From: Octopus sinensis
Lineage: Eukaryota
Reading direction: 5' to 3'
NCBI RefSeq assembly: GCF_006345805.1
Contig: NC_043006.1
Coordinates: 72,540,001-72,604,000 of the forward strand
Length of the DNA: 64,000 nt
Shown piece by piece: positions 51,090 through 61,843 of this stretch (within the stretch, counting starts at the first letter, position 1; every line of letters begins with the position of its first letter). Under the pieces are notes generated by a model, which made no database searches, was not told the origin of the DNA, and worked only from the letters and a program-made list of their open reading frames with translations. The position numbers and the translations under genes are program-made.

Positions 51090-53144
51090 TCAATCAACTG
51101 ACCGGTCACTTCGACTCTCTACTGGTGCCTACTTGCAGTTTGAAGCTGATTTTCTCCCCCCACTCTTTATGTTGACCATCATGATTTCTTCAGACTGGAA
51201 TCAAAAATCAGTTTAAGATAATGGTCTAAGTAAAAAATTTGGTTTATCAGGGTCAAAGTTATGTGACTGAATACCTTCCATTGGTGCCAACTTCTCTTGC
51301 TACCCACTGACCAACATATTTATTTTAATAGCCTTATTTTCTTCTCTGTACATAATATACTTCTTAAAAGTAACTTGGAGGAGAACTTCAAGATACAGTC
51401 ACTCCCTCTAATGAGATTTTTCTCGGTGACTAGATTCTGTGAATCACAGAAACTGGAAATGGAATGCCTAATTCTATTTTTAAAAAGAATCTGAATAACC
51501 CATGAAAATATAATTATATAACATCATTCCTTAATGTAATGTAAAATTTGATAGTGATTTATTGCTTATTACAAATTAGTAATCTATTATGTTTGAAAAA
51601 AAAAAATTTTTTTTTTCAACATTTACAACCTTTTAAGTGCAGCCCCCTCCTCTCTTTTGCTGCTATCATAAGATTTATTTTCAAACAACCATCCATAACA
51701 TCATTAACACTGATTGGACTTTCTGCATAGTTTACAGCAAAAAACACACACAAAAAAAGAGTATTGGACTTTCTAAGTACTGGATAAAGGATTTGTCTGA
51801 AAAATGTCTTAGATGAATGTTTAAATCTTAATGGACTGTGCCAATATTGCCTATTCAGATTTTACATTGAAATTAATTCTAAATTCCACTTGCTGCAATT
51901 GAAAATAATGATTGTAGCCTAGAATTTACCACCTTCACCTCTGTCCCCTTCCCTTATTTACTTTGCTGTTAAACTAAATTCATGTAAATACCTATCACTG
52001 TTGAAGGTATTTGCTTTATACTTATTTCTTTTAACCCCTACAAAATTCTATTCTTGTGAAGGTTTTAAGAATAGAGTTTTGATGTTATTCAATAAAATGC
52101 TACATTTTATTTATACAAATTTGTCAGCCTTTACTTTTTTGCTCCTCACCAAGTGGGGCAGATTTGTTCTACAAATGGATAAAGAAGCCGAATTTTCAAT
52201 TGCATAACCTGACATCTAAAAGAAATTTATACTGAATCACATCAAAATACCAAAAAATTCATTAATCTATGGAAGGCATTACATTTTTAACTAACCTTGG
52301 CTCAAAATAAACAAGTCAATGTAATATATCTTTCTAATTTCATGAAGGTTGACTTAAGAAAAAATTATACGAATGTTTTATGTTTGAAATTGTAAAAAGG
52401 ATACCTATTATAGACTTGGGCCAGAATTGACAGACCTTAGAGAAACATCTATGATTTACAATGCACAAGCTCTATTTCTAATGAAACTAATATATTAGAT
52501 TCAATCTCCAGTTAATCTGAAAGCACTATGAAACTCATCTGAAAATGTCACCTAAGACAACCATAGAAAACTGGTATGAACAATTTTTGAATGAAAACAA
52601 GTGGATTTACTAATGTTTTTATACAAAGAGCAAATTTATTGAACCATTCCAGACCAAGTCAATTGTCAACAATTTTTATTTAGAAATTTAAACAAAACTA
52701 TACAACTTAAGGGCTACACTTAAATCTATCCTTAAATACAATGTCACTTGACATCAAGTTGTTCACCTGCCAATTCTTTATGAGCTAATACTTTAACTGT
52801 TATAAATTTTGAAGCAAACCTCATGTGAATGATGTCAAATCTGAAAGCAAGAGACTTTTCCAGTAAAAGAGATTTGACTTTGTAGGGGGAAAAATATATT
52901 AAATAAAATCAGTTTTTATCAACCAAGTTTATTAAGATATATAAATCTTTAATAAAAAGTCTTAACTAGCAAAGTCCAGTGGAAGCCTATAATAGCAAAA
53001 TGTGACCAGACATTCTGAACTTAGTATTTTTATTATCTCCTTGTCTTCCACTTTTGTTTTTTTTAACCATGCAGCCTCCCTTACCGAGATCTTAAGTTTT
53101 CAGTTAAAGACAGTATGTACAAATTCCCACATCAAAGCACTATT

Positions 53145-53241
53145 TCACCTCGAGTATCTAGATCGAGAACGAGACCGTGAGCGCTTTGAACGAGATCCTG
53201 AACGTCGGGAATGAGACCGAGATCGGGAACGTTTGCAAGAT
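53145..53241 (-). CDS. LUC7L: LUC7 exon 8, RS tail and stop (SCKRSRSRSHSRRSGSRSKRSRSRSRSRYSR-stop)
   Basis: tccag|A...AGG TGA; frame continuous with exon 7. Confidence 0.88.
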
Positions 53242-56200
53242 CTGGAAGATAAAGAATGACAATATAACAATAACTAATTATATAAAATGGAGGAAACGAA
53301 AAATAAAAACAACAAGAAAATATTAGCCATTGGCCCAAGTAAAATTTAATTTTTGAAGCTCTTTGTTAGATAATGTTAACACAAAACTCATTTTCTATGT
53401 GAAAGGCATCTCCAAGTAACTTAAGCGATTTATATTTTTCTAAAAGCAATAACCAATACTAACCTTCGACTACGACTCCGAGATCGTTTCCTTCTATCTC
53501 TGCTATGACTTCTGCTACTGCGGTGATTTCGGCTAGGACTGCGGCTCTTTCGTTTTTCCTTTTCCCTGTCACCTATTTTTTCTTGTTCTCTTTTACGACG
53601 TTCTTCTCGTTCCTTCTCCCTCTGAGCTCTTCTTTCAGCAACACTTTTCTGAAGAAATTGCAAAATGATTAAAGAAAGAGGAATACAAATTAAATTCAAG
53701 AGATTGACAGAGTAATTAAATCACTGATTACCTTGAGATCTTCTAATTTTTCTCTAATTGTGATGAAGCCAAGATGTAATTTGCCTCCAAAATGATCTGC
53801 AAGTCGCCTATCATTATCATGGATACCCAAATAAGCTGAACATACTTCACAAACACGGAGTTTCTGTTGTTGATAGCTGGAAGCTGGCATTGAATTTCTA
53901 TATTCAATCTGTAAAGAAAATAATATTTACATCACAAACAAATACTGTTCTAAAAACTTACATTAACTAATAAGTCCTAATCTGAATACCTTTACTACTA
54001 GCTACGTTTAACTCATTTAAGCATTACATTAAAGCTTTTTCAGCTCACCAGAAAAAATTACTTGCTCTTAATGTGAAATAAATTTATGAACAAACAAATC
54101 GATAAAAAGCAAGTATGCTTGTTTATGTAATGACTATAAGTCCTAATGTTGCAACTTAAATATTGAAGTGCACTCTTCAATCACTACAAACTGAATTTTC
54201 CTGAGATATTTGGATTCAGTTTCAATGTCTACCAAGGTAATTTATTATTCTGTGTTCAATTTGGATGTTACAGCAAATTTATTATTAAATTATTCAATGA
54301 AATGTTACCACTGATTTGATTAAAACTTTACAAACAGAATATCTCAATCTTTGAAAAAATCTTACTAAGAGAAATAAAACATTTAAAAAAAATAATCCAA
54401 TTATGAAATATTACCTCAGCTTGTCCTTTTTGTTTTTTTAACTCTTCTACTTCTTCCATCAATTTTAGAGATTCATTTACATGTCCTTCAGCTCCAACAG
54501 TCTCCGCTTTTGCTAATTTAGTACCAATTTGTTCACCAAGTTGATGAATAATTTCAGCCTATAAATAAAATATTACAAATAACTCTTAGATGGACATTCA
54601 CATCTGCAATCAACATTATGTATTTTACAATTATGACCCAAGTTTCTTTTAACTATTCACAAGATTAAAATGTCATTGCACCGGTTTTATAGAAATATTT
54701 TTGAAAGTCTTATTCTTCAAGTTTGCTGTTATTCCTGCCATCATTTTTTCAGTTGACCATTAAGCCAAACAAAGGCAGAGGATCTAAGTGTTGGAGGGGG
54801 ACATACGACAGTTTCAACAAACAACATTATCAGTCAATGTAGGAACTCAGCCACTTGTGCTTCAACATCAAGATTTAGTTTATTAGGATATTTTCACATA
54901 CTATATTTGACAACTCTAGCCTCAATTATCTCACTTTCAATAAATGATTTTTTTAAAAAATTCTTTTCCAGAATAAAATCAATTAGGAGCAGTAATAGCT
55001 TAAAAAATTTTAATGAAAATGTTTGAAAGTCTAAGGGGCCTACAAACAAGCCATCACAAATTGAGAGTATAGATTATGGACCAATGTATTTATAGTCTGC
55101 ACTTCTGAAGAAACATATTTTGCATTATAATGACTATAATTATAAGAAATGCATGTAATAAGCAATTTCATATTAATGGCAAAACAAGTGCAAATTAAAA
55201 TGTTCAATGCTTTCTCAATCAATTGAAATGTCAGTTTATTGTGTATTATGGTTGTAATGATTGAATTTTTAGTAGAATCTGAAGCAGCTGCAAATGTAAA
55301 AATAGCATTTGATAATATTGCAAGATACAAATCAGTGATGGCTTGATGCTTTTGTACTTATGGGTTACCAGTAATGGGCCAAAACCATATTTTGAGGAAT
55401 TTTATGGAGAGTTCATAAATACAATCTTTAAAGATATTATGTTGTGAAAGATGTTCTTAAATGTTTGTATAAATTCTGTTTATTTAAAAGAATTTCTATC
55501 TTTCCACATCATCAGGACTTTGCCTATAAATTGCAATATCAATATGACCAATTTTGCCTAAGCTTGTACATCAATTAATTTTGGGTCTAAAAATGTCCTT
55601 TATTTCATGCCTTCAGTTAGCTAGAAGAGTTTGCTTCTGTTCATTTACATTTCTTCATTCTTGATGCTTCACTTTCCTACATAAGACATGTCAGCCAAAT
55701 GACTTGATAAACAATAAAGAAAAGAATATGTTGTCTTGAAGAATAACTATCGGTGTTAACAGAGATAGCAATAACAGTAGCTTCAGTGATAACAATTATA
55801 AAGCTGTTTCCAGTGGGAAGTTAATCGTACCAAGGAATAAAAATTGTTTAGAAAAGAAAAACTTCCAAAAGCACCCATTTGAGTCTGTTGCCGTTCCTGT
55901 TTGCCTTTTTTTTTTTCAAAAATGACTATCAAGCTGGATTGTAACCTTCTTTATAAAATGATTTAGTTGCCACAGAAAGTCTTATACTGACTAACCAAAA
56001 AACATTTTACAATTATTTGTAACTTGACATACAATTTTAGTATACATTAGCCATATGTCACCCTCAACACTTCCCTTTCTACACATTTTCTAAAATTAAA
56101 TAATATACTCCTAATACACACACACACAAAAAAATTTCTGAAAAATGTAAATGTTTTCTAATGACACCATCCCACAAATATTTCTTTTCTAAGCAAACAC

Positions 56201-59200
56201 GAAATTAGAAATGAAACACTTTAAAATGTTTCTCCCTGTAGTATGAACCCTCACTCCACCCCACCCACTAGCCAGTTTATATGAAAAAAGAAAGAACCTA
56301 AAGAACTAAGATGTATATTGTAGAATTTGCCAGATGAAATTATGTATAGATTGTTCTTGAGCATACTACATGGGTAAGTTTCTCTAATATTTGAAAAATT
56401 TAAGCATTATATAATGTTTGTCCTTCCGTTTTAATAATTGACTCCAGACCCAACTGTTTTACTGATTTAAGGGGTTGCAAAAGAAAATAAGTGATAGGGA
56501 TTTAAAAAACTATCAGTAAACCCTTACCTTCTGGTTTGCTTCTTCACTAAGCTCTTCTTGGGTTTCTTTCAACCGCCGTTTTGCAAGTTCTGTTTTTCTG
56601 TCACATTCAGCAATAAACGACTGAAGATGTTCCATAGCCTAAAGAAATATAAAATATAGACATGTTTTTGCATGAAAAGAAGAATAACAATTTTGCTTTC
56701 TTTAAAAAAAAAAAAAATTTTTTTAAATTTATTTTGGTGCAATTCAATATTTAGCTTAAAATTTCTGAAGGAAAATGGAAGCACCAAAGAGCTCCAATTA
56801 TTGGGAGAAAGGTTTGAATGACATTTAGAAACAAGTGGAAGGATACAATTTATCATTGTGTTAGTGATCTTTCTAATTGGTCAGTTTCTGTTATCTGGAC
56901 AGGATCATAGAATGTATATAGGAGTTATTGTCCCAGACATGTTTGACAAGTGTTCTAGAGGGAAAAGCACTTATACTTTGCAAAGAATCAACATCTGTTT
57001 GTTGCTAAAGTAGTTCCTGTTCCCCCATCAGAAACTAGCCATTGTTGTATGGAGTGTTTCACTGAAATAACACTAGAGTGGGCTATTGGTGGAGGGAAGG
57101 ACTAACAACTTCTGAAGATAGAATGCAAGTCGGAGAAAGTCCTACTGACATGCTCAAGTACAGCCTACAGACAAACAGCTTTGCTAAGGTGATTACAGAC
57201 ATGTGGAAAGGCTTTGCTAATATCAAATGCAACAATATTTTTAGGTAAGTTCTTAAAATCACTAGCTGTGATATGAAGTAAGCTTTCTAACAGAGCTGGA
57301 CTTATAATATTGGTAATCACTGGGGAAAAACTCAACATGATGAAATAGTTCGTTATGATTGTCAGAAGTGCAAGTGATAGATCAGTAGCTAGCAAGTTCA
57401 GATAAAATACCTCCTTTGAGATAGAGAAACATATATGTGCCTTCTAAGTTATGACAGATAGCCAAAAACAGAGTTTGGAGAAGAACAGCCAACCCAGAGG
57501 ACACTGTTTAAGGACAAGAAACAAAAGCCATTGCTTTAGGTTTAAAATTAGACGTTTTGTTTTGTGTGCACAAGGTCCTGAGATAAGTACCCTAATTATC
57601 AATCCAGTTAGCAACTAGGTGATTATTTGAAGGATCTAAGATAAGTGTTAAAATAAAAACGCAACTTTACTCACATCAATGTCATAATAATAGTCTTTTC
57701 CTTTGGTTGCTTGTTCATAGTCAGCTCTGAGTGCTAAATCATGTATTTTAGGACATTCTCCTAAATCCATGCGCTGCAAGAGATAAAAATACAATTAACT
57801 GATTAAAAATATCCATGGTTCAAAAAATTAAAAAAAACTAGCAGAATATCTGATGTTGAATCAATTCAAAATGTACTAAAAAAATATTTTCTTCTCTTCT
57901 AAAGCACCTTCAGTACCAGTAATCCAACTAGAATGTTCTTCACATTACTTATTCCCTGATGTAACCCAATAGACAAAGTGGAGGAAAAAAAAATGTGAAG
58001 TGGTGAGTTGTGATTTTCTGAGTTGTGTTGGGGGACAAATTCTATTGCTGAAACCATGCATGAAAAAAAAAAAAAAAATTCTTAAAACTGTACTTGCAGA
58101 TCCAAAGCAAATATATATAATATATATATAGTCAGTGGGCATTTTGTTTTTGTTACACCCTCCCAAACCAGTCAACTTACAAGCCAAAGCTAATCCCAAA
58201 CTATCATCACAAAAACAGTTGATAGTGCTACTCACATGTAGTAAAAAGCACTGATTTAATAGCAATTTGCTAGTACCAAGAAGACTCCATCAAACCTGTA
58301 GCAATGGTTTACTGAAATGAAGACAAAGCAACCCTGTTCCAATGATCGAGAATGTAAACATATAATAGGGTTTCCCAGCATGACTTAGCAGCTGGCAGCA
58401 AGAGATGGAAACAATATTAGATAGTTCTAATGTATCAACACAATGACTGAATTTATAGCTATCTATATTAACTAGATACTTGTCAAATTAGAAAAAATAA
58501 CAGCAGCACACTATACAAGATCGATAGTTGCTGCATATTTTGAAAACAATCAGTCAATTCTCCATTATTAATTTGTAATTACATCTGACTAACAATTTTA
58601 ATTAGTCAAAATGTTTGCAGTGTAGACTGACCAGATGCCCTTGCCATGCATGAAAACCCTAAAAGGAAAAAAAAGTGTCATCTAACAAAGAGGTAGTACT
58701 GAATTACACCTAGTACTTAACACTTCTAAGTTTACTTGTTCTAATACAGCATGTTAACTAATGAAATTACAAACTGCTTTCTCTATTGCTAAAACAATGA
58801 GGATTTTAAGCAAGCATTGTCAAAAGCCTTTCAAAGACATTTGACCTAAAATTGTATGTTAAACAGCTAATACTCTTCGACATAACATTACTAAGCATTC
58901 AGTTATTAGAAAAACAATGCTTTTATATTCTAATAGATAGTTCTAAATATCTTTCCACAAATGTTCAACCATTCTGTTTTTATAATAAAACAGCAAAGAT
59001 GAATCTAAAAATGATTTCCCAGCTACAATACTGCAACTTTCAGAATATGCCAAATGATAATTAAGTAGTGAGTATCATTGCAAAGGCATTAGTCACATAA
59101 CTGCAACAGCTCTAACTGGAAATCAAAAAATGGCTGAAGATTCAGTTCAAGAAAATAACGCCATATATATCTGGCATAGCACATGAAATTTAAGTTAAAA

Positions 59201-59582
59201 CCAAAAAGTTTATGAAGACTACATACACATGCGCTTTATAATTTTCTGTGACTATGTGTCATCCGCTTAATTTCTTGTAAAAGCTAGACTGTAAAATTTA
59301 CCATACAATATTTACAAAGTATTTGTAACTTAATTTGATATCTACATATAGTTGTAATTTATTAAAATTGAAAATCCCGACAATGAGCACCTAAAGAATA
59401 CACACTATCAAGCCAACTACGTACCAAAATCAGCATGAAGAAATCATTTTGCTCAGCCTTATTAGTAAATATTTAAGAGAAACTCACCGTGCTTGAGAGT
59501 ATGTCATGGGGGCAGCAGCCAAGCAGGAAACTCTTACATACCCGAGGATCATCAAACTTCACCTTGTACTTGTTGTTTTCCC
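53145..59582 (-). CDS. LUC7L: LUC7-like U1 snRNP-associated splicing factor (LUC7L/LUC7L2 class), exons 2-8; exon 1 outside window
   Basis: Spliced translation KFDDPRVCKSFLLGCCPHDILSSTRMDLGECPKIH (zinc finger 1) ... LRVCEVCSAYLGIHDNDRRLADHFGGKLHLGF (zinc finger 2), then an RE/RS-rich tail. Exon sizes are 95/99/111/144/177/185/97 nt with consistent phases. Confidence 0.97.
53464..53648 (-). CDS. LUC7L: LUC7 exon 7, RE/RS region (KSVAERRAQREKER...RSRSRSR)
   Basis: ttcag|AAA...AG|gttagt. Confidence 0.93.
53732..53908 (-). CDS. LUC7L: LUC7 exon 6 (IEYRNSMPASSYQQQKLRVCEVCSAYLG...EKLEDLK)
   Basis: tacag|ATT...AAG|gtaatc; zinc finger 2. Confidence 0.97.
54415..54558 (-). CDS. LUC7L: LUC7 exon 5 (AEIIHQLGEQIGTKLAKAE...KKQKGQAE)
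   Basis: tatag|GCT...GAG|gtaata. Confidence 0.95.
56528..56638 (-). CDS. LUC7L: LUC7 exon 4 (AMEHLQSFIAECDRKTELAKRRLKETQEELSEEANQK)
   Basis: tttag|GCT...AAG|gtaagg. Confidence 0.96.
56950..57400 (-). mobile_element. Old LINE reverse-transcriptase fragment in LUC7 intron 3
   Basis: ORF contains VAFDISKAFPHV, resembling the RT motif ALDISKAFDRV; otherwise degenerate. Confidence 0.45.
57675..57773 (-). CDS. LUC7L: LUC7 exon 3 (RMDLGECPKIHDLALRADYEQATKGKDYYYDID)
   Basis: tgcag|CGC...GAT|gtgagt. Confidence 0.96.
59488..59582 (-). CDS. LUC7L: LUC7 exon 2 (GENNKYKVKFDDPRVCKSFLLGCCPHDILSST)
   Basis: ttttag|GG...ACG|gtgagt on the - strand; begins in phase 1. Confidence 0.96.
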
Positions 59583-60730
59583 CTAAAAGCAATCCAGCAT
59601 AGCCAAACTTCTCAGTAACAATAACGATAAAGCATTTTATTGCAAAGGGTATCTTTTTTTGGTATTAAAAAAAAAGAAATAGCAAACAACAAAGCCCTCT
59701 TTTTTGTTTTATGGAATTGATATCATTAAAATTCTGATTAGCATGTTTATTTTTTGACAGACATCTAGTCAGAAGAAATATATTTGTGCCTTTAAAGACA
59801 TATGAAATAAGAGATCCCTTACTTGAAAAACAATTAAGGGTTGTGACAATGGAAAACAATACAATATATTCAAACCCATGTGTGAGCATGAGAGAAAGAT
59901 GTAGAAACTAATGAGAATACATATATATAGAGCTTTCAAGAATGTGAAAGCAAACATCTTGCTTGCATTTCCTTTATTGACCAAATTATAAATTGCTGTA
60001 GAAAGACAAATTAATGTACTGTCTAAGAATTATCAACTTGAGGACTTTGTTAATTTTTTCTTTTTCTTTTTTTTTTAATAGAGGATAAAAAGGTTCCACA
60101 AAGTTTTGCAAGGCAAAAAGTTTAAGAGAAAATCTAGGAATACCAAAATATAAATTGAAAAATATTTAAAAAAAAAAAAAAATCAATCCATATAATTTTG
60201 ATTTTCTTGATGTGAACACAAAGATTTAAAAAGTACTTATCAAATCACTGGTTTGAAATCCTGCCTTGTAGCAACATGTGGAATCTTTTTGATTTCTAAT
60301 GTTCATACTGCAGAACAAGTCCATTTACAAGGAATAAAAATACTTGCTTTAACTCTTCCATTTTATATTGCTGAAGAAATGAGGCACTAACCAAAGCTAA
60401 GTTTCATGAAAAGAGATTAAAAAAAAAATTTAAGTGGCATGGGGTGCTGACACATTTGGGGTGGGAAAAACAGACTAAGGTTACACTTACGTAAGCTTCC
60501 CAAAAGTATGACAGATTTAAGTAACCAGGTAAGCAAACAGGAGCATTCATTCAAAATCTGTTGATCATCAATACTACTAGGCTGTAGCAAAATGTCAGCA
60601 CAATAAAATAATGAAGGTAGTTATGAAAAGATGAAGGGGAAAAGCAATGAAAGAGTTAAAGCAGATTATTTTGAAAACTGCTTTTGTATCCATATCATGA
60701 TGACATTGACATGTTATTGTGCAAACTTAC

Positions 60731-60780
60731 CAGAACTTGATCAGGACACCATGCTTTCTTCAGCATTCATCATACAACAG
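60731..60780 (-). other. Candidate 50-nt poison cassette exon in the LUC7 intron
   Basis: actctag|CTGTTGTATGA...TTCTG|gtaagt; in-frame TGA at codon 4; weak pyrimidine tract. Confidence 0.42.
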
Positions 60781-61366
60781 CTAGAGTTTTATAGCATAAA
60801 TTCATGATTAATCTACCATAGCATAAGTAAACTAACAATATATTCAACAAAGCTACAGTATATTTGGAAATTGAAGTTAATAGGAAAAAAAAACAACTAA
60901 TTGTTCAGTAATAGAGTGATTCCTATAATCAATGTTTTTAAATAGTAAATGATAACCTTGGAAGGATCTAATTTTAACTATTCTATTTGTAAAGTAGAAC
61001 TGGGAGTGTCTCTATATAATACAAACCCTTTTTTAAAAATTATATTCCATCAGTAAGTTAAAACATTGAGAAGGGTTTTATATTTTAGAGTGAAATCACT
61101 ATCTCAAGTATTTTTAATGGCATTAAAATTTATGCAAATGAAATATTCCTAAATTATCACAAAGTTACTGGTTAAAATGTAAGCAGAAATTTAAATGAAT
61201 TTTATGATGTAAAATGTCAGTCTAAAATAGTTATATATAATTTATTTTAAAAATATGTATTAAAAAAGTCAAACATTGCACACAGTAGCTATGTGCAATC
61301 TCCACTGAGTATATACATTAAATACACACTGCGATTAATCCATTTTTGCAACAGCAAAATCCCCAC

Positions 61367-61413
61367 CTATTGCCGCCAGGGTATGATGGTGTGGCCTCAA
61401 CCTGAGCCCTCAT
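61367..61413 (-). other. Candidate 47-nt poison cassette exon in the LUC7 intron
   Basis: tcttttttcag|ATGAGGGCTCAGGTTGA...AATAG|gtgggg; in-frame TGA at codon 6. Confidence 0.4.
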
Positions 61414-61785
61414 CTGAAAAAAGATTTCCAGCTCATTGCTTCCCTTTTTTTTAAACAAAAGAAAAAAACTAACTACATAAAAATTAGCATTATTTCACTT
61501 ACAAATTATAATTAAAACAAATTACCTAATAATGTTTTTCTCTCTTGTTAAAATAGCCAGAGCCAATTACAAATATAAACAGCAATTATTTATCAAGGAG
61601 AAAAATTAATTTGACAATATACATTACATGCCAAATTACAAACAAAAAAAATTTACACTCATAATAAAGACCAGTTTGTTGGACCAACACAGTAGAAGAG
61701 GTAGTAGCAGTAGTAGCATGACAGTGATTACTTGGAAATAATGCAAACAAGGATCCTCTGGAAATAGTTAGGAAATTGAACTCAC

Positions 61786-61843
61786 GGCTTGGGGTTCACC
61801 AGCTTTGCAATATTGACTTGATAACACCACATAACATTCTCCC
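61786..61843 (-). other. Candidate 58-nt frame-shifting (poison) cassette exon in the LUC7 intron upstream of exon 2
   Basis: tttttaaag|GGGAGAATG...CCAAGCC|gtgagt; GC-richer island; inclusion produces a TGA in exon 2. Confidence 0.5.

Noticed and set aside
53132-53338. 68-aa - strand ORF over LUC7 exon 8
   Set aside because: Alternative frame of the RS-repeat exon; the spliced frame from exon 7 gives the RS tail.
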